Source: an archaeon
GTDB taxonomy: Archaea > B1Sed10-29 > JAJRYS01
Direction: 5' to 3'
Assembly: GCA_038736665.1 (NCBI GenBank)
Contig: JAVYMF010000001.1
Coordinates: forward strand, 1 to 38,494
Length of the DNA: 38,494 bases
The translations under genes were made by a program, and so were the position numbers. Of the stretch, positions 26,862 to 34,691 are shown in pieces. Under the pieces are notes generated by a model that saw only the letters and a program-made list of their open reading frames with translations, searched no databases and was not told the origin of the DNA. Position 1 is the first letter of the stretch. Each line of letters starts with the position of its first letter.

Positions 26862-27664
26862 AAATGAACGTTTCAAAGCAGACGAAAATAGTGCTGTTGA
26901 TTTCGTTATCGATAGTCCTGGCGTTCCTGCTTATAAGGCTCTTCGTCGCCGCGCCGTCGCAGGTTCCACTTGTTGAAATGATGATGGTCGTCGGAGCGCT
27001 TTTCCCGCCGATGATTTACTCCCTTGTGTCCTACAGGGTCATGAAATCCAAGGAAGAAGCTTTCCCGTCTTTTTTGGCGGACATATCGAACAACCTGCAG
27101 ATAGGAATCTCTCTTTTTGATACAGTCGAGCTGCTTACGAGAAACAACTACAAGGCCCTGACAGGGGACGTTAAGAAAATGCACAGGCAGATGACGTGGG
27201 GCCGCTCCTTCTCAGACGCGTTCAAGGAACTGTGCGAGAATTCGAACTCGCAGCTCATAAAAAAATCAGGCTACGAGATAATATCAACCATCGACTCTGG
27301 CGGGGAGCTGTCGAAAGTCCTGATGGGAGTTTCGCTGAGCATGAAAGAATACCAGAATGTCATGAAAGAAAGGAAAGCTCAGATTTACGAGCAGACCATA
27401 ACGGGCTATCTCGTGTTCTTCATTTTCCTCGGCATAATTTACGTGCTTATAACGCAGCTGCTTCCGTTCGTCAAGACAACGCCACTCGGCACGCCGTCAG
27501 CCACGCCGGAGACATACAAGCAGGTGTTCTTTCACTTCTGCCTCATTGAAGCTGTATGCATCAGCTTCGTGACAGGCGCTATGGCAGAAGGCTCAATAAC
27601 AGCAGGCTTCAAGCACGTGCTAGTGCTGGTCACCGCGACTATACTCGTGTTTGCATTCGTGTGA
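26858..27664 (+). CDS. Platform protein, half 2 (single T2SSF domain, ArlJ/PilC/TadC-like)
   Basis: ATGA overlap with half 1. Two TM helices are followed by FPSFLADISNNLQIGISLFDTVELL...ISTIDSGGELSKVLMGVS and then C-terminal TM helices. Confidence 0.85.
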   Translation: MKMNVSKQTKIVLLISLSIVLAFLLIRLFVAAPSQVPLVEMMMVVGALFPPMIYSLVSYRVMKSKEEAFPSFLADISNNLQIGISLFDTVELLTRNNYKALTGDVKKMHRQMTWGRSFSDAFKELCENSNSQLIKKSGYEIISTIDSGGELSKVLMGVSLSMKEYQNVMKERKAQIYEQTITGYLVFFIFLGIIYVLITQLLPFVKTTPLGTPSATPETYKQVFFHFCLIEAVCISFVTGAMAEGSITAGFKHVLVLVTATILVFAFV

Positions 27665-27671
27665 TTCGCTT

Positions 27672-28166
27672 ATGAAAGGATTCATGGAAACAGATATGGT
27701 GGTTTCAGTCGCGATTTTCCTTGTTTTCGTTATAATCATGTCGATCACGCTTTCAGGTCAGTTAGCGGTTTACAAGGAGAGGTCCGAAAAAGAAATGAGG
27801 GAAGCCAAGGCCCGCGACACGCTGAACATGATGATAAGGTCGCCAGGCTACCCTGAAAGGTGGGACTTGAACGCGTCTTCAATAACGAGCTTCGGGCTGG
27901 CTTACGACTCTTTCTTTTCAAGGCCCGCCCTGCTGGATTTCAGGAAAATAAACGCCACAAGCCAACTGGCATACCAGAAGCTCAAAGAACTTAACGACGC
28001 GGAAGACATAAGCATACTCATCGAAGACAAGGACCTCAACGTTTCGTATTCTTTCGGGCAGCAGTCGCAGAGGAAAAAAATATCCTCGGTCCAAATGCCG
28101 ATAGCCATAAGATACGCTTACGGTAATGTGTCAAAAGGCAAAATCACGGTGACAGAATGGTTCTAG
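27672..28166 (+). CDS. Type IV pilin-like protein 4
   Basis: MKG|FMETDMVVSVAIFLVFVIIMSITL. The start is set at ATG 27672. Confidence 0.7.
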   Translation: MKGFMETDMVVSVAIFLVFVIIMSITLSGQLAVYKERSEKEMREAKARDTLNMMIRSPGYPERWDLNASSITSFGLAYDSFFSRPALLDFRKINATSQLAYQKLKELNDAEDISILIEDKDLNVSYSFGQQSQRKKISSVQMPIAIRYAYGNVSKGKITVTEWF

Positions 28167-28546
28167 GATACCTGAAATCAATAGAAGCAGTGCTTGCAGT
28201 GATGCTGGCTGTGTTCATGCTCCTGCAGGTTCAGCCCGTTTACGAGCCGGCTACAGCATGGGACCAAACGAACCTGCAGCAGGCAGGCGAGAACGCTTTG
28301 CTGGCGCTGTCATACTCGAACGAGCTGAGGCAAAAAATCGCTTCAGGGGATTATATAGGGCTGAACGCTTCGTTCTCCAGAATAATGCCCGAAGGCATAA
28401 AGTTCAACTTGTTCAAGGACGATCAGCTGGTAATAAACAACGGGAACGCCGGCAGGGGAATGACGTCAGTTGTTTACTTCATCTCAGGCAACACCACTTA
28501 CAGCCCGGCGAAGCTCCAGATGCAGCTGTGGTACGGAGGCAACTGA
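28157..28546 (+). CDS. Type IV pilin-like protein 5 (weaker signal)
   Basis: MVLGYLKS|IEAVLAVMLAVFMLLQV. It overlaps the upstream gene by 10 nt. Confidence 0.6.
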   Translation: MVLGYLKSIEAVLAVMLAVFMLLQVQPVYEPATAWDQTNLQQAGENALLALSYSNELRQKIASGDYIGLNASFSRIMPEGIKFNLFKDDQLVINNGNAGRGMTSVVYFISGNTTYSPAKLQMQLWYGGN

Positions 28547-28547
28547 C

Positions 28548-29279
28548 TTGAAAGCCCAGTTTTACTTAATATCAGCGGCTGTCATCATAACTTTCCTGCT
28601 TTTCGCGTCGCTGTTCATCAGCCATAACCCCTCGCCTGCCTCGGCTTTTTACTCGAACAACGACGTGTTCCTGGCCAGCAACCTACTGCTTGAAGCCCAG
28701 CATCTCATAGAAACAGGAAACTTCGTTAACGTCAGCAGCTTCGTGAATTATTCGGACGCGAAGCTGAGCGAAATGGGCTACGACCTGAAGTCAATCTACG
28801 GCTACTCACCGATAAGCGGCGAAACAAACCTGGACCTGGACTACTCAGGCCAGTCGCAAAAAGGCACTAGGACAGTCGCTGAAACAAACTACATATGCAA
28901 CAACTTTAACAGGACCGTGACGTTCGACTTTTACTGGAACGCGTGCATGCTTGAAACGCAGGCCAGCGCGGTCAGTGACAGGGAGTGCAACGTCACCCTC
29001 CATCCTTTCGAATGCTACGAATCAAATTTGCTGAAAAAAGTCCCAGGAAACAGGGACCTCATAGTGTTCACAGCGAAAAACGAGTCCAACAAGGAAGTCA
29101 TGAACATCTGCATGTACACCGGAACAGGAAACCTCACTTACTCACAGAACATCACGTTCGGCGTTTACCTCGAGCTGAACTTAACGAGTTCGGACTCGGA
29201 TATATTCGTTAACTCTTTGTACAGGACGCCGTACTGCTTGAACCACTGCCCCAAAGAAGACGTCACAAGCTGCGGATAA
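28548..29279 (+). CDS. Type IV pilin-like protein 6, cysteine-rich globular domain
   Basis: Re-started at TTG 28548, 1 nt after the upstream stop, which gives (M)KA|QFYLISAAVIITFLLFASLFI, a textbook class III signal. The mature part has 9 Cys and several N-x-S/T sequons. Confidence 0.7.
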   Translation: MKAQFYLISAAVIITFLLFASLFISHNPSPASAFYSNNDVFLASNLLLEAQHLIETGNFVNVSSFVNYSDAKLSEMGYDLKSIYGYSPISGETNLDLDYSGQSQKGTRTVAETNYICNNFNRTVTFDFYWNACMLETQASAVSDRECNVTLHPFECYESNLLKKVPGNRDLIVFTAKNESNKEVMNICMYTGTGNLTYSQNITFGVYLELNLTSSDSDIFVNSLYRTPYCLNHCPKEDVTSCG

Positions 29280-29312
29280 AGATTTAAATAACAAACTCTC
29301 TCATTGATTACC

Positions 29313-29963
29313 ATGGCATTCAAAAGGCAAAAAACAGGAATAAAAGAGCTGGACAAAATGCTAAACGGGGGAATTCCCGAGCGCAGCTCGATAGTCATAA
29401 CAGGCGGACTCGGAACAGGAAAAACAGCCCTCACGATGCAGCTGCTGTACAACGCCGCGAAAAACGGCGACCGCTGCTTGTTTGTATCCCTTGAAGAAAG
29501 TCCGCAGGACATAATCGACCAGTCCACCTCGTTCGGCTGGAACGTCGGCGACCTCGTGAAGAAAAACATGATAATAATACAGCACCACGTCCAGCTTGAC
29601 TACGACTCGCTGGAAGTGTCAATAGAAAACACGCTCAGAAAATACAAGGACATCAAGTTCGTAGCAGTGGACCCCATCTCAATGCTCAAGATATACTTCA
29701 AGTCAGAGACAGGGTTTAGGATAGCGCTTTTCCGGCTTTCGCAACTTTTCAAGAAGCACAACACCACAGCGTTCCTCGTGGAAGACGAGACAGAATCGAC
29801 AGCGTCAAGATTCGTTTCCGACGGAGTCATAATGCTTAAAATAGAAAAAAAAGAAACAGGAAAAGTCAGGACTCTTGAAGTGCCGAAAATGAGAAAAACA
29901 GCGCACGAAATAGAGCCGGTCACGTTCAAAATAACCGACAAAGGCATCCAGCTTTTCCTCTGA
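29313..29963 (+). CDS. KaiC/RecA-superfamily ATPase, ArlH(FlaH)-like
   Basis: TGIKELDKMLNGGIPERSSIVITGGLGTGKTALTMQLLYN provides Walker A. LFVSLEESPQDII is also present. KFVAVDPIS is Walker B-like. Single-domain size of about 216 aa. Confidence 0.8.
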   Translation: MAFKRQKTGIKELDKMLNGGIPERSSIVITGGLGTGKTALTMQLLYNAAKNGDRCLFVSLEESPQDIIDQSTSFGWNVGDLVKKNMIIIQHHVQLDYDSLEVSIENTLRKYKDIKFVAVDPISMLKIYFKSETGFRIALFRLSQLFKKHNTTAFLVEDETESTASRFVSDGVIMLKIEKKETGKVRTLEVPKMRKTAHEIEPVTFKITDKGIQLFL

Positions 29964-30272
29964 TCACTGGTAATACCTGCTTTCCGGAAAAACTTCTTCG
30001 AAAAGCTTTCTTCTTTTTTCAAGAAAAGAAACCAAGTGAGAGTACTTTTCCGCGTATTCCGGCGAAAACTTCCAACCTGCAACAGAACGCTTGGCTTCAA
30101 GCTCAGAATCCAGCTCCTTAATTACCCTGTCGAGCTCCTTTATCTGCGCGATTTTTTTCGAGCGCCTCTGCGCGGCCCATAATTTCTCCTGCTCAGCGAC
30201 TCGCGGGTCTTTTCTCGCTTTTCTCACTTCTTCTTCGATGGAAAGCCAGCAGCTTACTGTCTTCTTTCGCAT
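29964..30272 (-). CDS. Hypothetical coiled-coil protein (102 aa)
   Basis: ORF only. It lies 25 nt downstream of the ArsR-like gene, and its stop abuts the KaiC-like stop. Confidence 0.55.
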   Translation of the reverse strand: MRKKTVSCWLSIEEEVRKARKDPRVAEQEKLWAAQRRSKKIAQIKELDRVIKELDSELEAKRSVAGWKFSPEYAEKYSHLVSFLEKRRKLFEEVFPESRYYQ

Positions 30273-30297
30273 GAAAAAATTAAAAAGAGCCCGCTAT

Positions 30298-30840
30298 TTA
30301 TCGCTTTCTATAACGGAACGCGGCCATCAGCAGCACAAGACCCGTAACGGCAAGCGTTATGCCGAGCTTTTCAGCGTCGACGAACTCGTGCTGCACGAGC
30401 AACGCTTCATAGCTCTTCTCATCGGTTTCCGTCGCCTCTGCGCCTGCAAGCGCGTTCTGGTCAATTATTTTCGCAGGCGCGAAAGCGGTCGCAGGCTTCG
30501 TCAGCGATGAATAAGCTAAGAACATGCCCGCAAACAAAAGAATCAGCGAGACGCTTAACGCGAACACGAAAACCGGCGTTTTCGCGCCGGGCGACACTAT
30601 CGCCGCGCCTTTTTCCGTTAATTCGTAATACACCCATTTTTTGCCCTGGTTCTTGCGCGTTATCAGGCCGGCGTCGCCCATCTTCTCAAGATGCTCGGAC
30701 ACCGTCGACGTGGCCACGCCAAGTTCCTTAGCGAGCTCTGACTGCGTCTTGCGCCGCTGCCTCAAGCTCTTCAGTATTTTTACCCTGGTATCTATCGCGA
30801 GAGCTTCGAACGTTTTCTTGTCAAGAGTTATTTCCGCCAT
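30298..30840 (-). CDS. Membrane-anchored ArsR-family winged-helix regulator
   Basis: MAEITLDKKTFEALAIDTRVKILKSLRQRRKTQSELAKELGVATSTVSEHLEKMGDAGLITR is an ArsR-type wHTH. Two TM helices follow (VFVFALSVSLILLFAGMFLAY and ITLAVTGLVLLMAAF). The start overlaps the upstream stop by 1 nt (TAATG). Confidence 0.8.
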   Translation of the reverse strand: MAEITLDKKTFEALAIDTRVKILKSLRQRRKTQSELAKELGVATSTVSEHLEKMGDAGLITRKNQGKKWVYYELTEKGAAIVSPGAKTPVFVFALSVSLILLFAGMFLAYSSLTKPATAFAPAKIIDQNALAGAEATETDEKSYEALLVQHEFVDAEKLGITLAVTGLVLLMAAFRYRKR

Positions 30841-31886
30841 TAATACCACTGGCATTGGTTTGAAATGCATCCGCATTTTTTGCCGTAAGCTTCGCTGTCA
30901 TAGCATTCCCTGTATTCGCATGTCGTTGCTATAGGCTTGTCATTTTTAGAAGCGCATACCTGCATTGAGCAGCCTTCTTTCACGCAGTCGGCGTCGGATC
31001 CGCATCCGCTGTAAGTGGACCACCCGCAGAAACTCGTTTTGCAATTGTCCACGTCAACGTACTTGAACTTCTGCAGAGGGAAAGAAAACCTTCTTACTTT
31101 CACTATATGGTAAGGCGTATCTATCCCAGCCGGCAACGATGAGCAGTTGTTCCTTATCCTTAACACTTGGATGTCAACCGAGCTCTTGCTTGACGGATAA
31201 ACGCTGTCTATTGATATTTTGTTTCCGGCGCCTGTGCCTTCGCTCAAAACAGCCAAGACTAAGTTGGTTTCAAAATCGATTTCAGGAACAGTTATTAAGC
31301 ATTCATCGTCGTATTTTCCGCACTTGACTTCCTTGTAGAAAATTTCCCAACTGCTTTCATTTCTTATCACGAATTCCTTCTTATCGCCGAGCGCCATTTT
31401 ACTGTCAAAATACTTGTGCACGCTCCCAGATTCTACTTCAGTTAAAGCAAAATACGAGACGCATTTTGTGCCATTCCACACAGCTTTGGCTCCGCAATCG
31501 CACGTTTTAACTTCATGGCTGTTTTCAGGAGAGCAGCCGCACGCGCCGATTAAATCCGTTCTCGGGAAGTCGCCCACGCTCAAGCAGCAGAGAGACGTCG
31601 TAACAGTTCCGCCTGACGACGTGCAAGCGTTTTCAGGACTGAAAACGCAGCCGCTGCCTTTGACGAATTCGTATCCATCATCGCACACTGTTTTTATCTT
31701 GCACTGGAAGTTCTCGCAGTAAGCTTTGATATTCCCGTTAGGCGTATGTATAGTCGGTAGAGGGCAGTCGCTGTCCTGCAGGCAAAAGCCGCCGGCGCTG
31801 CTCACGCAGCCCGTCACGAGCGATAGCGATACGACCAAAATCAACAGTTTCATCGCGTCCGGCTTTACTGCTTTAACTAATTCCAT
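30840..31886 (-). CDS. Cysteine-rich secreted lipoprotein (about 29 Cys) with a PrcB_C-like central domain
   Basis: The lipobox is MKLLILVVSLSLVTGC. The Cys-rich N-terminal part includes FCLQDSDCP..YCENFQC. The centre, EIDFETNLVLAVLSEGTGAGNKISIDSVY..TPYHIVKVRR, resembles PrcB C-terminal domains. The C-terminal cluster is FCGWSTYSGCGSDADCVKEGCSMQVCASK..CEYRECY..CGCISNQCQWY. The start is ATG 31886 or 31853; the track start at 31994 would overlap the mat start. Confidence 0.8.
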   Translation of the reverse strand: MELVKAVKPDAMKLLILVVSLSLVTGCVSSAGGFCLQDSDCPLPTIHTPNGNIKAYCENFQCKIKTVCDDGYEFVKGSGCVFSPENACTSSGGTVTTSLCCLSVGDFPRTDLIGACGCSPENSHEVKTCDCGAKAVWNGTKCVSYFALTEVESGSVHKYFDSKMALGDKKEFVIRNESSWEIFYKEVKCGKYDDECLITVPEIDFETNLVLAVLSEGTGAGNKISIDSVYPSSKSSVDIQVLRIRNNCSSLPAGIDTPYHIVKVRRFSFPLQKFKYVDVDNCKTSFCGWSTYSGCGSDADCVKEGCSMQVCASKNDKPIATTCEYRECYDSEAYGKKCGCISNQCQWY

Positions 31887-31983
31887 GATTATCGCTCTTG
31901 TTAAAACATAGCGTCCGGCTTTTAAAGCATTTTGTTTTTCATTCGGTGAAAACCTTATTAAGAAACGGCGCGTATTTCTCAGC

Positions 31984-33159
31984 ATGCGAAACATTTACGT
32001 CGAAACTATTCAGAAGCCCCTGCATGATATTGAGTTTGTGGAAAGAAAAGGATTAGGGCATCCTGACACCATCTGCGACGCGCTCGGCGAGGAAGTGTCC
32101 CGCGCTCTCTGCAAAGAATACACAAACCGCTTCGGAGCGATACTGCACCATAACGTTGACAAGATAACGCTCGTCGCGGGCCAGAGTGCGCCGAGGTTCG
32201 GCGCGGGCGAAGTGATTTCGCCGATTTACATAATGCTCGCCGGGCGCGCAACGCAGAACGTGGACGGCGAGCTTTTTCCAGTTCAAGAGATAGCGATTGA
32301 AGCATGCAACGAGTATTTGGAGAAAAACTTCTTTGCTTTGGACGTTCCGACGAACGTTGATTTGGACTCGAAGCTCGGTCAGGGCTCTTCTGATTTGCAA
32401 GCCGTGTTCCAGCGCAAAAGAGACATGCCTCTGTGCAATGACACAAGCTTCGGAGTGGGCTACGCGCCGTTTGACGAGCTTGAAAAGCTTGTGTATGACA
32501 TAGAACAGTTTTTGACAGCTGAAAAATACAGGCGCAAGAACCCTTTCATAGGCGAAGACGTCAAGGTGATGGGAATGCGCAAAAAAGACGGCTATACAAT
32601 CACGGTCGCTAACGCTTTTATCGGACGCTACCTCAGCGACGTTAATGACTATATGGAAATGAAGGAAAAAACCGTTGCTGAAGTCCGCGAGCTTGTCAGC
32701 AGAGAGTCGGAAAACGAAGTCAGCCTCTTATTCAATAACTGCGACGACTATGAGAGCGAAAGCGTTTACTTGACTGTCACAGGCTTGTCAGCTGAGAACG
32801 GCGACGACGGAGCGATAGGGAGAGGAAACCGCGTTAATGGCCTGATAACGCCGAACCGCCCGATGAGCCTCGAAGCAGTTGCTGGAAAAAACCCAGTGAA
32901 CCACACAGGGAAGATCTACAACATCCTCGCCCACAGGACTGCTGAGCAGATAGTGGACGAGCTGAGCGTTGACGAGGCGTATGTGAAAATACTTTCAGGG
33001 ATAGGGATGCGCATTGACGAGCCCATGGCAGCAGGCATACAGCTGGTCGGCGCTTCTGGCGAGGACGAGAAAGAAGCGTTTGACATACTCGATTATAACT
33101 TTGAGAACATTCAGTCGCTAACGCGCTTGTTCGTCGAAGGAAAAATAAAGACGTTCTGA
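31984..33159 (+). CDS. mat: S-adenosylmethionine synthetase, archaeal type
   Basis: MRNIYVETI...[29 protein letters not shown]...HHNVDK...[47 protein letters not shown] is characteristic of the archaeal MAT family. Confidence 0.93.
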   Translation: MRNIYVETIQKPLHDIEFVERKGLGHPDTICDALGEEVSRALCKEYTNRFGAILHHNVDKITLVAGQSAPRFGAGEVISPIYIMLAGRATQNVDGELFPVQEIAIEACNEYLEKNFFALDVPTNVDLDSKLGQGSSDLQAVFQRKRDMPLCNDTSFGVGYAPFDELEKLVYDIEQFLTAEKYRRKNPFIGEDVKVMGMRKKDGYTITVANAFIGRYLSDVNDYMEMKEKTVAEVRELVSRESENEVSLLFNNCDDYESESVYLTVTGLSAENGDDGAIGRGNRVNGLITPNRPMSLEAVAGKNPVNHTGKIYNILAHRTAEQIVDELSVDEAYVKILSGIGMRIDEPMAAGIQLVGASGEDEKEAFDILDYNFENIQSLTRLFVEGKIKTF

Positions 33160-33165
33160 TAGTTT

Positions 33166-33792
33166 ATGAACGCCATTTCGCTGGTTAAAAAAATTGTAGA
33201 AAAAGAGCTAAGGAAAAACGGCGACCACGATTATTCCCATACTATGCGCGTTTACGCGAACGCGATGAAAATCGCAAAAAAAGAAAAATGCGATCCTGAA
33301 ATCGTCGCTTTGGCTTCACTTCTTCATGACATAAGCGAAGGCGAAGGCCACCGAATGCATCACTTATCCTCTGCGAAGCGCGCCAGAGAAATACTGACAG
33401 AACTAAAATGCCCTGAACGCGTCATTTCAGGCGTGGAGCGAGCGGTCCTGGCGCACCGCTTTTCAATGCCACCTGAGCCGAGCACCATTGAAGCGAAAAT
33501 AGTTCAGGACGCAGATAGGCTTGACGCGCTCGGCGCCGTCGGGATAGCCCGCTGCTTTTCGTTCGGAGGAAGATTCAACCGCAAGCTTTACGATGAAAGA
33601 AACCTCATCAGAGAGAAAACGAATCCAAAAAAAAGCCGCACCCAAGCAAGCGTCGACCATTTTTACCTGAAACTACTCAATCTTAAAGACAAAATGCACA
33701 CTAAAACAGCCAGGAAAATCGCGCTCGAAAGGACAAAATTTATGGAAAAATACCTTAAACAGTTTGGAAAGGAAATCAGAGGTGAAGCGTGA
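33166..33792 (+). CDS. HD-domain phosphohydrolase (paralogue of 4048..4650)
   Basis: HDYSHTMRVYANA...SLLHDISE...AHRFS...QDADRLDALGAVGIARCFSFGG. Confidence 0.8.
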   Translation: MNAISLVKKIVEKELRKNGDHDYSHTMRVYANAMKIAKKEKCDPEIVALASLLHDISEGEGHRMHHLSSAKRAREILTELKCPERVISGVERAVLAHRFSMPPEPSTIEAKIVQDADRLDALGAVGIARCFSFGGRFNRKLYDERNLIREKTNPKKSRTQASVDHFYLKLLNLKDKMHTKTARKIALERTKFMEKYLKQFGKEIRGEA

Positions 33793-34011
33793 ATGACGTG
33801 CTATTTGATGTTCAAGAACGCGGTCAAGAATTACCTTAAGAAGTATAATGTTAATGACGAGCAGGCGATAGACATTTTGATGGACATCGAGCGCGAGGTA
33901 GGGCATAACCGCGAGCTTATCAGCGCGGTTGTCGAGCTAGAGCGAGAAAACTTGATAAAGCGATTAAAGAAAAAGAGAGAAAAGCGCGACGTCGCAATGA
34001 CTTACGCGTAA
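33793..34011 (+). CDS. Hypothetical small protein (72 aa)
   Basis: ORF only. Its ATG immediately follows the HD-gene stop. Confidence 0.5.
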   Translation: MTCYLMFKNAVKNYLKKYNVNDEQAIDILMDIEREVGHNRELISAVVELERENLIKRLKKKREKRDVAMTYA

Positions 34012-34046
34012 GCAATCATTGTTTAAGAACAGATGGTAATGTTGTT

Positions 34047-34541
34047 ATGTCTGGACTTAATCCTTTCGAGAGAAAGTTGCTTGCAGAGATAGCGTTGGCC
34101 AGCGAGGGCTGCGGCACGCACGCAGCGCGAGAAGAACTGAGGAAAGCGTACGAAAGCAACGCGCTTACGGACGAGATCGTGCGCAAGGCCGTGCCGAAAG
34201 CGTTCAACGGAATATTGAAAATAAAAGAAAAAGCAGCGCGTGAAGGCTGGACCCCGGGAGTGAATGAGCCAGTGTTCATGTATTTCAAGCAGCATAACTC
34301 CGCGCTGGACAAGGAAATCGCGAGGCTGAAGGCGAAGCGCGAGAAATCAGCGAATCCCTCTGAAAAGAAAATTCTCGGCAAGGCAATCAAGAGCGCCGAG
34401 TTGTGTCGCCTGAGGGTCGAGCGGAAAGGCCGCGGGAGGCCGTTGTTTTTTTTGATGCACGGCAAAGGCGTCGTGAAAAAAGTTCCTAGCGAGAGAATGG
34501 GCCCTCTTGCGATTCTGAACCCGCGCAAGAAAAAGCGCTAA
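34047..34541 (+). CDS. Hypothetical basic protein (164 aa)
   Basis: ORF only. It is Lys/Arg-rich with no recognised motif. Confidence 0.55.
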   Translation: MSGLNPFERKLLAEIALASEGCGTHAAREELRKAYESNALTDEIVRKAVPKAFNGILKIKEKAAREGWTPGVNEPVFMYFKQHNSALDKEIARLKAKREKSANPSEKKILGKAIKSAELCRLRVERKGRGRPLFFLMHGKGVVKKVPSERMGPLAILNPRKKKR

Positions 34542-34690
34542 ACAACGACGTTCTGGAACACGTCCACTCGCTCGTCTTTTTTCAGTGGTCGCGTAGTCGT
34601 TACGTCGCGTTCGGCGCCGGACGGCAGTATCCGCACAGTTGCGCGGTTTTTCCCAGCTTTGATGACAACGGCTTTTTGAGAAACGCACAT
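34538..34690 (-). CDS. Unlisted 50-aa ORF with a HypC/HupF-like N-terminus (Met-Cys)
   Basis: Hand translation gives MCVSQKAVVIKAGKNRATVRILPSGAERDVTTTRPLKKDERVDVFQNVVV. The pattern resembles the HypC OB-fold start (MCLAIPGKVVEI..A.V...G....V.L). It starts 1 nt after the stop of 34692..35024. Confidence 0.35.
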   Translation of the reverse strand: MCVSQKAVVIKAGKNRATVRILPSGAERDVTTTRPLKKDERVDVFQNVVV

Positions 34691-34691
34691 T

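Noticed and set aside
28470-28547. Track start of the sixth pilin-like ORF
   Set aside because: It overlaps the previous gene and gives a non-signal N-terminus. The TTG at 28548 yields a class III signal peptide.
31887-31994. Track start of the lipoprotein ORF ([11 protein letters not shown]..)
   Set aside because: It would overlap the divergent mat start and consume the shared promoter region. The lipobox signal peptide begins at M37 or M48.
34347-34688. 113-aa minus-strand ORF
   Set aside because: It is Arg-rich and largely antisense to the 34047..34541 gene. The shorter 34538..34690 frame fits the gene spacing better, although it is itself uncertain.
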